DNA from: Tubiluchus corallicola
Lineage: Eukaryota; Animalia; Priapulida
Direction: 5' to 3'
Assembly: GCA_030141605.1 (NCBI GenBank)
Contig: JAQGDQ010001841.1
Coordinates: 1-23,571, forward strand
Length of the DNA: 23,571 nt
Under the pieces are notes generated by a model that was not told the origin of the DNA, searched no databases, and was given only the letters and a program-made list of their open reading frames with translations. Shown in pieces: positions 1 through 23,571 of this stretch. The translations under genes and the position numbers were made by a program. How positions within the stretch are numbered: the first letter of the stretch is position 1; each line of letters opens with the position of its first letter.

Positions 1-2618
1 ACTGGTACATCATAAGAAGCAGGGTCTTAGTTACTTACAGTTTCTCTATACTGGTACACCATAAGTAGCAGCGTCTTAGTTACTTACAGTTTCTCTGTAC
101 TGGTACATCATAAGTAGCAGCGTCCTAGTTACTTACAGTTTCTCTGTACTGGTACACCATAAGAAGCAGCGTCTTAGTTACTTACCGTTTCTCTATACTG
201 GCACATCATAAGTAGCAGCGTCTTAGTTACTTACAGTTTCTCTATACTGGTACATCATAAGTAGCAGCGTCTTAGTTACTTATAGTTTCTCTATACTGGT
301 ACATCATAAGTAGCAGCGTCTTAGTTACTTACAGTTTCTCTATACTGGTACATCATAAGTAGCAGTGTCTTAGTTACTTACAGTTTCTCTATACTGGTAC
401 ATCATAAGTAGCAGTGTCTTAGTTACTTACAGTTTCTCTATACTGGTACATCATAAGTAGCAGCGTCTTACTTACCGTATTTTCCCATGTATAAGAGACC
501 CTTGTGTATAAGAGACACCTTCAATTTTTAGGCAAAAATTCTGGAAAAAAGTTTTTTGGTAATGAATAACTTTATTCATCATAGAAATCATTAAATTCCT
601 CATCACTCTCATCAAAAATATCAAACCTGTAACAGGAAAACAGAAAACGAGGAGATAATGCCTGTGTCACGATGCTTGTATTGCTTACAACCGCTTCATA
701 GTCGAAAGCGACACGCCTTGCTTAGGCTGACTCATCTCGTTGACCTCTGCCGACGTATCAATGACGTCGACGGGCATGCAGAGAGCTTATGCAGATGCGT
801 TGATTGGCTGCAGAACAATCGATTTCTCTCCAATACCAAAGAGACATTTAAAAAAATAATAACTTACCCGGTACATTAATTTTATCATTAGAATTTAGCC
901 ATGGAGAAGATTTATTGAAAGGAAACTATAATTATTCGAAATAAAACAGTTGTAGAGCACTTATTTCTTTAAAATCATTAGTGTCACAATTTATGCACCT
1001 TATTGAAAAGACTTACTCCCATGTATAAGAGACCCCCTATTTTTAAAGTGAAAATTCTGAGCAAAAAAGGGTCTCTTATACATGGGAAAATACGGTACTT
1101 ACAGTTTCTCTATACTGGTACATCATAAGTAGCAGCGTCCTAGTTACTTACAGTTTCTCTATACTGGTACATCATAAGTAGCAGGGTCTTAGTTACTTAC
1201 AGTTTCTCTGTACTGGTACATCATAAGAAGCAACGTCTTAGTTACTTACAGTTTCTCTGTACTGGTACATCATAAGTAGCAGCGTCTTAGTTACAGTTCC
1301 TCTATACTGGTACATCATAAGTAGCAGCGTCTTAGTTACTTACAGTTTCTCTGTACTGGTACATCATAAGTAGCAGCGTCTTAGTTACTTACAGTTTCTC
1401 TATACTGGTACATCACAAGAAGCAGGGTCTTAGTTACTTACAGTTTCTCTATACTGGTACATCATAAGTAGCAGCGTCTTAGTTACTTACAGTTTCTCTG
1501 TACTGGTACATCATAAGTAGCAGCGTCTTAGTTACTTACAGTTTCTCTGTACTGGTACATCATAAGTAGCAGCGTCTTAGTTACTTACAGTTTCTCTATA
1601 CTGGTACATCATAAGTAGCAGCGTCTTAGTTACTTACAGTTTCTCTATACTGGTACATCATAAGTAGCAGCGTCTTAGTTACAGTTTCTCTATACTGGTA
1701 CATCATAAGTAGCAGCGTCTTAGTTACTTACAGTTTCTCTGTACTGGTACATCATAAGTAGCAGCGTCTTAGTTACTTACAGTTTCTCTATACTGGTACA
1801 TCATAAGTAGCAGGGTCTTAGTTACTTACAGTTTCTCTGTACTGGTACATCATAAGTAGCAGCGTCTTAGTTACAGTTCCTCTATACTGGTACATCATAA
1901 GTAGCAGCGTCTTAGTTACTTACAGTTTCTCTGTACTGGTACATCATAAGTAGCAGTGTCTTAGTTACTTACAGTTTCTCTATACGAGTACATCATAAGT
2001 AGCAGCGTCTTAGTTACTTACAGTTTCTCTGTACTGGTACATCATAAGTAGCAGCGTCTTAGTTACAGTTCCTCTATACTGGTACATCATAAGTAGCAGC
2101 GTCTTAGTTACTTACAGTTTCTCTGTACTGGTACATCATAAGTAGCAGCGTCTTAGTTACTTACAGTTTCTCTGTACTGGTACATCATAAGTAGCAGCGT
2201 ATTAGTTACTTACAGTTCCTCTATACTGGTACATCATAAGTAGCAGCGTATTAGTTACTTACAGTTCCTCTATACTGGTACATCATAAGTAGTAGCATCT
2301 TAGTTACTTATAATTTCTCTATACTGGTACATCATAAGTAGCAGTGTCTTAGTTACTTACAGTTTCTCTATACTGGTACATCATAAGTAGCAGCATCTTA
2401 GTTACTTACCGTTTCTCTATACTGGTACATCATAAGTAGCAGCATCTTAGTTACTTACAGTTTCTCTATACTGGTACATCATAAGTAGCAGCATCTTAGT
2501 TACTTACAGTTTCTCTGTACTGGTACATCATAAGTAGCAGCATCTTAGTTACTTACAGTTTCTCTATACTGGTACATCATAAGTAGCAGCATCTTAGTTA
2601 CTTACAGTTTCTCTGTAC
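1..2618. repeat. 49-bp minisatellite (ACTGGTACATCATAAGTAGCAGCGTCTTAGTTACTTACAGTTTCTCTAT), interrupted by a MITE and running off the window start
   Basis: About 40 head-to-tail units with few substitutions and occasional 45-bp variants. Confidence 0.98.
475..1095. mobile_element. Non-autonomous Tc1/mariner-superfamily (pogo/Tc2-like) MITE, 621 bp
   Basis: Perfect 29-bp TIR CCGTATTTTCCCATGTATAAGAGACCCTT, TA on both flanks (473-474, 1096-1097), subterminal TGTATAAGAGAC repeats; cleanly interrupts a minisatellite unit. Confidence 0.93.
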
Positions 2619-3438
2619 GACAAAATAAGATTAGCACTAATAAACAAAATAAAATAAGCATTAAAGTATAATAAAGTTATTAACAACGCCATGCTAAATC
2701 TTTCAGGACCGTAAGCGAGTGCTGTACTTTGAATGGATTTAACAAAACTGCTCTCACTAAGCTGCGATTACGTTGTATTTGATAAATTTTGTAGGTTTCT
2801 ACTCCTCACAAAATGGATTTTCATGCAAAGTTACATATGAAATGCCTTTGTTTACGTTCGACAAATTAAAAATGGACTTTTGACAAAAAGTTGAGAAAAG
2901 CTTTCAGTAACTGCAGTGTTTGCACCACAACAATGTATTGTGTTAATTGTGTGAAATCAGCTAATGCAGAAAATTTCAACTATCCACGCGCAACACTCTG
3001 ATGCACTTTGACCTCAAGTCTGCCTCTATTATTAAGGAGAAATTCCTGTTAAAAGATGAAACAACCTTAATTTGTCCTTGTCTGCTCAGTTGGTTTTTCC
3101 TGGAATAGCAGGAAACAGAACACTGCACAGTTTGGTCTGTAGCAAGCAGGCGATCAATAAATTAGTGTGTACGTTCTCGCAAGTGTACACCAGACTAAGC
3201 TACTCAATAAGTTGAAGTTCCTGAAGAGGGTGTGTTTTTCTTAATTTCATCCAATTAAATCACTTATAAATGTTAAGCAATTAGCATGAATGGGTTACAG
3301 ATATTCTCCTGAAAAGAACAGTATATAATTTGTAATCATTTAGTTATGTCTGCGCTCATACAGTAACAGAAAAGTATGGGTTTATAAGACCTATTTTGAA
3401 TGGTACCGTTCTGAAGGAGTAAAAAAACTTTTTTTCAG

Positions 3439-16933
<13,495 letters not shown>

Positions 16934-16935
16934 TA

Positions 16936-17286
16936 AAGCCTTTTCACAGTTCCAGTGATCGATGATGATTGAGAAAAGGTCAAAGGTTAAGTGTACAAGA
17001 CAACGCGTTTGCGTACACTTGACAACGCTTCGCAGTCCATATTATTGTAACAGTAACAGTTTTAACAGCTAGCTAGAACATTACCTATTTCATTTTTTTC
17101 TTGTTCTGAGTGTTCTCAAGCAAGGTTCTGCAAGTAAATCATTCTAGGCACAGACTAATGTTGCAGGCGGCTTTGCTTTACAAACACATCAGGTAACGGT
17201 TTTTAGTTAAGATGCGTTGCTGCGGTACACTTAGCTTTTGACCTATAACAACTGCGCGTGCGCACAACGAAAATGTGAAAAGGCTT
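16936..17286. mobile_element. Foldback/MITE-like element immediately after the SLC20 stop codon
   Basis: Perfect 13-bp outer inverted repeat AAGCCTTTTCACA (16936-16948 / 17274-17286) plus a nested 18/20 inverted repeat (16977-16996 / 17225-17244). Confidence 0.65.
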
Positions 17287-18139
17287 ATTAGACTACCTTT
17301 TGCATTCATTGTTGCAGTTTAAGGTTTTAATTGTCTTTCTTGAGTATATTTTTGAGAACTTATTAAATTATTTTGGATGAGGCATTATTAAACAGACTTT
17401 CGTGTTTTTATACTGTAGATCTAAATATCAGATATTCAGAAGACATGACTATCTAAATTTTGAACTCATTCATTTGGAAATGAGACGTCTTAAGTTGCAC
17501 AATCCTTTAAAGACACATCAAATTACCGCTGATGAAACTCCAAGGCAATTAAGACGAAGAAGTCTTGGAAATATTAATTAACTCGTTACATATTAACATC
17601 TAATTAAGCTTTTGTTCGCAATTTTGATTGTATTTTGAAGATTATTTGCCCAGCACTGTTCCCGTCGTTTAAGATGAAAATTTCACAGGATTTGTGAGTA
17701 GCACCCCCTTTCAAAAGCATTTGGCTTCATTGAACAAAGTCAACAGATGACTGAGGCTGAGGTGATAAAATAAAGGAGCATCATCGCACATAGAACTTCT
17801 GTTAAAAATTGAATAGCCATGCAGTCAGGAATTAAACAGTATGTGAATTTTTGTATTATAAATGTTCGCGTCGTGTTCTCAGCATATGTGGAAACCTTAG
17901 AAAGAACACTATATTGTCAGTATCAGTCACTCACTATTACTAAGGTTAATTTATTTGAAACACCTACTTCATACTTTTTATTTACATGCCCAAGTTTTTG
18001 CGGAACTTATTGTTTGCTTCTGCATAAGTCATAAGTCATTTAATTCACATAATACATTTATAATAATTTATGTACAAAATATAGTGAAAGGACCTACAGC
18101 GAAATTAATACAAATTATTTGTACTGTAAGTTTCGTTAC

Positions 18140-18527
18140 ACCTTTCATACCCATTGTATCCCGTGGGATACAAGAATATTTTCTGCCTTTAAAATTAATA
18201 AAATTTTAAATCTGACAGTTATTAGATCTGTTAATAGTTATTTTGATTTAAGCCAATAACAATAGACTAAAAATAGTGATAAAATGGCAAACTAGAAAAT
18301 CTACATAGCACAAAAAACTGTGCAAGGTACAGTACTTTAGAGACGACTTTGTACAGATTAGCATGGCATGCATACTAAATGTCTTAAATACTTTAAAAAA
18401 ATATCAGCAGTAGCAAAATGAAGCAGATTTTTTGCTTTTGTTGTGTTTTTAAAAAAGTCGGACTTTGTTTTTTTGCACATGACAAAGAATGTTGTGTATC
18501 CCACAGGATACATTGGGAACAAACGGT
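18140..18527. mobile_element. piggyBac-like MITE, copy 1
   Basis: 32-bp imperfect TIR (18140-18171 vs 18496-18527, 26/32) containing the palindrome GTATCCCNNGGGATAC; first ~300 bp highly similar to 19556-19853; TTAA flanks degenerate. Confidence 0.68.
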
Positions 18528-18910
18528 TGTAATTCACTTTCATAATAATAGACACAGGAATGCAGTGATCTGCAAAAACTATTTTGTTGTTACACTCAAT
18601 AATGCACTGATCTGCAAAAACCTCTTTGCAAGTCCAGTACTTAGCTTTTTGTTACAAAGGTTACAAGAAAAGCCTCACACTGTGTTTACCTATATATAAA
18701 TGTAAATGCATTGCGGGCAATCAAAAACCAGGGCTAGTTAGATTGCTCCACCCCTGTGAAAGTGAAAAAAGTAATGGAAATAAACTGAAAATTATGAAGT
18801 AAATCGTGTAATAAAGAAAATTATTTAGTGCTTCAGAATGGAACGATATGATGAATTTTCTCATATATGAGATGATGGGCCAATAGAAAACAGAAAGACT
18901 ATTATTTGTT

Positions 18911-19200
18911 CAATCCATCAAATCAATCAATCAATCAATCAATTTATTTCACTCCAGCAATACATATACAATACATCAACATACAATATTATTGAAAAAA
19001 AAGAAATAGTATAGGTAAAAAAACGTTGATGAAGCCAAATTAACCTAGTAAAAGAGTTGCTGTATGACACATTGAAAGCTTGGCTTGTTAAGGTGGCAGA
19101 AATGAGTGAATGAAAGAATGGTTAGGGTTAGTAGACATGATGGAATGAAAAAAATAGTAAGATTAGGGACAGGAAGAAGGAAAAGAGAAGAAACGATCAA
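18911..19200 (-). mobile_element. Probable 3' tail/UTR remnant of a CR1/L2-group LINE
   Basis: Minus strand reads GAAATAAA followed by (TTGA)n, a typical tandem-repeat LINE tail; no ORF recognised and the inner boundary is uncertain. Confidence 0.42.
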
Positions 19201-19555
19201 ATATTAGTTGTAATATCAGGCAGCTTTTGAAGCATTGGGGCACTTAACTACTATCATATTGCCTGCGTTGTTATAACAGTGAAATTCATGGTGAAACAAC
19301 AATAATAACTTTACTTAATTTTCCAACTGCATTTTGAAAACTCAAGATGGTGCTGGCTCTCCATCTACAAATTCTACCTACATGAGAATTTGGCTCTGTG
19401 ACCTGTTTCTTAGCTGGTCGCATCGTAACTAATAATCTTGGGACATTTTTCATCTCAAACCATTCAGTTTTAAACAACATTAAGTTTTTGTTTGAGCCAA
19501 TTCGATGAAAAATATAGAAAAGCAAAACAAATAAACAGAGCACGTCAGTAATTAA

Positions 19556-20008
19556 ACCTTTCATACCCGTTGTATCCCGTGGGATACGAGAATATTTTCT
19601 GCCTTTAAAATTAATAAAATTTTAAAACTGACAGTTATTTGATCTGTTAATAGTTATTTTGATTTAAGCCAATAACAATAGACTAAAAATAGTGATAAAA
19701 TGGCAAACTAGAAAATCTACATAACATAAAAAACTGCGCAAGGTACAGTACTTTAGAGACGACTTTGTACATATCAGCATAGCATGAATACTAAATGTGT
19801 TAAGTAGTTTAAAAAATTATCAGCAGTTGCAAAATGAAGCAGATTTTATGCTTCCATTGAATCTCAATGTATCCCGTGGGATACAGGCTATATTTAGCAC
19901 GCGGGCACAGGTAGAAAAAATAATTATGTGTAAACAAGATGGACATACTGAACAAAAGTACCAAGCCAAAAAAATTTTCTTACTAAAAATAATTTGGGAA
20001 TGAAAGGG
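19556..20008. mobile_element. piggyBac-like MITE, copy 2
   Basis: TTAA|ACCTTTCATACCC ... GGGAATGAAAGGG|TTAA (TSD 19552-19555, 20009-20012); internal GTATCCCGTGGGATAC palindromes. Confidence 0.8.
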
Positions 20009-20489
20009 TTAAAACACGGAAGAGTGCACTTACCACCGATATCTTTCCTAACTTGGCGAGAGGTGGGTAAATAGCTGTAATACCAGATGGCGACACATTG
20101 GCATTGGAGACACACCGTGTCCTAAACTCAATAACAGGGCTGCGCATTTTATTCTGTCTGACTGCAACAAAAATCGTTTATGTCAAATGTAAAGTACTAA
20201 AATTTTGAATACTTATCTATAACACTAAGGTGATTCGTTATTGATGACAAGAATTGTAAAAATAAATGAAATATGCATACCACATAAGAATACAACGGTT
20301 CATCACTGTGTGCAGTCTTCACGTAAAAACGTTCAAATGCACAAAGATGACTGACCTAAATAGATCATAAAAAAGAGAAAGTTCCTTTGCTGAAAAATTA
20401 AAAAAGTTTTTAAGATTTAAAGGACACTTTGTCATTTTTTATGATTATGACAGTGGCAAGCCCCAGTGTCTTATCGTTAACTATGGACC

Positions 20490-20753
20490 GAAAAAGGTAT
20501 CCTAGAAGAGAGCCTACATCATGAAAAAGGTACCATAGAAGAGAGCCTACATCATGAAAAAGGTACCATAGAAGAGAGCCTACATCATGAAAAAGGTACC
20601 ATAGAAGAGAGACTACATCATGAATAACGTACCCTAGAAGAGATCCTACATCATGAAAAAGGTACCCTAGAAGAGAGCCTACATCATGAAAAAGGTACCC
20701 TAGAAGAGAGCCTACATCATGAAAAAGGTACCCTAGAAGACAGCCTACATCAT
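20490..20753. repeat. 33-bp minisatellite x8 (GAAAAAGGTACCCTAGAAGAGAGCCTACATCAT)
   Basis: 264 bp = 8 units, direct reading. Confidence 0.96.
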
Positions 20754-20782
20754 TTTGCTGTTGCTTCAGCCCACTATACATA

Positions 20783-20891
20783 GGAAGAGTGAGAGTTAGA
20801 GGGAGAGTGAGAGTGAGAGTGAAAGAGAGAGAGAGGGAGAGGGGAGAGAGAGAGTAAGAGTGAGAATTAGAGGGAGAGAGAGAGTGAAAGA

Positions 20892-20976
<85 letters not shown>

Positions 20977-20996
20977 GGAAGAGAAAGAGAGAGAGG

Positions 20997-21031
<35 letters not shown>

Positions 21032-21116
21032 AGAAGAGAAAGAGAAAGAGAAAGAGAGAGAGGGAGAGAGAGAGAGAGAGAAGGAGAAGAGAAAGAGAAA
21101 GAGAGAGAGAGAGAGA

Positions 21117-21194
<78 letters not shown>

Positions 21195-21209
21195 AAGAGA
21201 GAGAGAGAA

Positions 21210-21265
<56 letters not shown>

Positions 21266-21331
21266 AAGAGAGAGAGAGAGAAAGAGAGAGACAGAGAGAG
21301 AGAGAAAGAGAGAGAGAGAGAAAGAGAGAAG

Positions 21332-21403
<72 letters not shown>
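20783..21403. repeat. Long interrupted (GA)n microsatellite
   Basis: Direct reading. Confidence 0.97.
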
Positions 21404-21413
<10 letters not shown>

Positions 21414-21559
21414 ATAGAGAGAATGTGGATGGTAAGAAGAGTGCTGAAACTTGGTAGAGATTCTAATCTCATTTGATGAAGGAAAAAATGGATGAATTTA
21501 GTGATAGACTGAATGGTAATGTGAACAAGTAAATGAAGAACAGAGGACATTGTGCTCAC

Positions 21560-21745
21560 CTCGAAGGAGTAATGGCTGTGATACGCTCTCCTATCGTCTT
21601 CATAACTCTCCTTCCCAAAAGCACTAATCCCACGGATATGCCAGCTCCACCATAAACGAGAATCCATATTGGAGTGGATGCTTTCTGGCTCACTTCACCA
21701 TCAATCCAAATGGCATATATTGCGATTACAGGGCCAATTGCGTTG
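21560..21745 (-). pseudogene. Orphan inverted copy of the SLC20 exon at 15349-15534
   Basis: Reverse complement reads identical to 15349-15534 with both splice sites intact. The neighbouring SLC20 exons are not present in the copy within this window. Confidence 0.85.
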
Positions 21746-21860
21746 CTGTAAACACATGAAATTAGCTTTTGATATTTTCCTTGCCGAAACTCTTAATTGT
21801 TGCTGTAATTTTGGTAAATTGGGTGAAAATATTTAGACTGCTGCTTAATAAGAAATTATA

Positions 21861-22513
21861 TTAAAGCAAAAGAAAGCCCTCCACTTACAAAAAGTTTAAA
21901 AAAATTCGTCTTGAAATTTTGTACCACTTGCATGCAGGCCTGCGTCGGCAACGCCGTATATAAAACTTGTAAATTTTAATTCCCGCGATGACCGTTAGGC
22001 GCAGCCATTTTAATGCTAGGTCGTTTGAAACAAGCTTAGATAACATTACGTGAAGTTTGGAAAAATAATTAGAGCGTTCGTAGTGCGCATGTTACTAACC
22101 AAGCAAAATTTTAAATTACTGTATCTTGTCAATAAGATTAGAAATATGTTTTTTGGTTAGTGAGTGGCGCACCCTGAAATGTGAGCCAGCGACACTTTAC
22201 CAAGTGGCACAAACATTTTAGATTATCATTACTAATTACATAAGTTTTTCCAGCAGGTAAGAAATATAGATTTGTGCGGAAAAGTTTTTGGGGCATAATT
22301 TAACATATCCTTTTCTTCCCCTGATTTAGGTTGTGCATGTATGACGTCATGTAATGGCACTGTCGGAACAGTATTGCGGGAGATTTAGAATGAAGGTAAA
22401 CAAAAAATTCTTTCAACGCGAGTACGACGCACGCATAAAATTGCTATATAATGATATAATCTTCAAGGCGATTTTTCTGGAACCTACTTCAGGTGCCACT
22501 TTTCTTGTCCTTT
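21861..22513 (+). mobile_element. Kolobok/T2-like MITE, copy 3 (carried by the inverted duplication)
   Basis: Reverse complement of 14581-15233. Confidence 0.65.
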
Positions 22514-23173
22514 GTTCAAGTCAATAAATAAAATAAATTTTGGTGAAACCAGGATCAAGTGAAACGGGCTTTAATTTCTAAAATGTAAACGTTAAATTTA
22601 CACAAGAAATATTGGCATAAACTTATGAATTATAATTTTTTTGAAAACTTTCTAGCATTTGCTGCATAATAATGCGTATTTGTAAAGCAGCATGTGACCA
22701 TCTGATCATGATGTGACCACGTGACGATAAGTATCGCTGATGTTATTAAACATTAACAGAACTGATAAATTGACTAAGCAAACTTTTAATATGCAGTTTG
22801 TCATCAAACAGAGATGATTTGCAATTGCCAAGCATGAACACCGACCATCAACATTTTATACTGTTTTCATGGTCAAAATATCATAATTATTAGTGCCAAT
22901 ATACAATTAAACTTAATTTTCTTGTACTGTGGTTTTTGAATTGCTCTATATTAATATTACAGTTTTGTTCTCCAAGCATCAGAGTTTTTTTCAGATAATT
23001 TACCATCATTTGCTGCTGCACAGCTTCTGTCATTAATGTGATACGAGAAAATTTCCTCTTCAGTTTAATTCATTTTATTAACTTGTCACAGAATTAATTA
23101 CTGTTAAACTTGATTACAGTTGCTCTGAATTTTAATTGCTTCTTGATGCCCATGTTTCGCCTTTCATATGCGT

Positions 23174-23250
<77 letters not shown>

Positions 23251-23506
23251 TCTCTCTTTCTCTCTCCCTCTCTCTCTTTCTCTCTCTCTCTCTGTCTCTG
23301 TCTCTCTCTCTTCCTCTCTCTCCCTCCCTCTCTCTCTCTCTCTCTCTCTCTTTTATATGTATATAAAACGTGTATATATATATATATGTGTATATGTGTC
23401 TTTTATATATATATATAATCGTGTATATATATTCACTCTTTAATAAAGATTTATTATTATTATTATTATTATTATATTATTATATATCTCTCTCTCTCTC
23501 TCTTCC

Positions 23507-23540
<34 letters not shown>

Positions 23541-23558
23541 CCCCTCCCTCTCCCTCCC
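23174..23558. repeat. (TC)n, (TA)n, (TTA)n, (TC)n microsatellite cluster
   Basis: Direct reading. Confidence 0.95.
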
Positions 23559-23571
23559 TAAGCTGCGGTGT

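Larger units (their letters stand above)
21404..23173 (-). repeat. 1.77 kb inverted duplicate of 13919-15690
   Basis: Direct reverse-complement comparison: near-identical throughout, with a few scattered substitutions, two 1-nt indels and one divergent patch. Homology continues into the flanking GA/TC microsatellites. Confidence 0.95.

Noticed and set aside
503-517. TGTGTATAAGAGACA matches 15 nt of the Tn5/Nextera mosaic end (adapter contamination?)
   Set aside because: The flanking ME bases differ, and the motif is a subterminal repeat of the MITE that also occurs in both TIRs.
1-2618. CRISPR-like array (also the 56-bp and 33-bp arrays)
   Set aside because: Units are head-to-tail with no unique spacers, there are no cas genes, and the context is a eukaryotic intron-containing gene.
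17769-17774. AATAAA as the SLC20 poly(A) signal
   Set aside because: Several AATAAA/ATTAAA hexamers occur in this AT-rich region; the site used cannot be chosen from sequence alone.
19286-19564. 92-aa minus-strand ORF
   Set aside because: Starts inside a MITE terminus, has no AG after its pyrimidine tract and no recognisable motif.
20490-20753. Common origin of the 33-bp and 49-bp minisatellites (shared TACATCAT and GGTAC)
   Set aside because: The shared words are short and in a different arrangement; compatible with chance.
20410-20781. ORF with YLFHDVGSLLG repeats, and the 9385-9910 ORFs
   Set aside because: Products of the 33-bp and 56-bp minisatellites with no independent coding evidence.
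17000-23571. Complete tail-to-tail SLC20 paralog on the minus strand
   Set aside because: No minus-strand equivalent of the last exon (GFSVE/STTHC) was found between 17000 and 20780, and homology stops before the preceding exon; sequence beyond the window is unknown.

Overview
AT-rich, repeat-dense eukaryotic genomic DNA, most likely an invertebrate animal (spliceosomal introns, invertebrate-type 5S sequence). The main feature is a + strand, intron-containing SLC20/PiT-family (PHO4 domain) Na+-phosphate cotransporter gene. Nine exons can be assembled in frame from 3439 to the stop at 16933 (about 469 codons); the N-terminal exon(s) lie upstream of the window. The introns and downstream flank carry several non-autonomous DNA transposons (Tc1/mariner-pogo-type, two hAT, Kolobok-like, piggyBac-like, a foldback element right after the stop codon), two copies of a 5S-rRNA-headed SINE with an RTE-LINE-like tail, LINE remnants, three minisatellites (49, 56 and 33 bp) and long microsatellites. 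The most unusual structure is a near-identical 1.77 kb inverted duplication containing one SLC20 exon (13919-15690 vs 21404-23173), with both breakpoints inside complementary (GA)n/(TC)n tracts; it may be real or an assembly artefact. Most ORFs in the supplied track are artefacts of simple repeats. I found no convincing wholly new multi-gene system. The best novelty candidates are the 5S/RTE chimeric SINE, the microsatellite-bounded exon duplication and the unusual phospho-repeat loop of the transporter.
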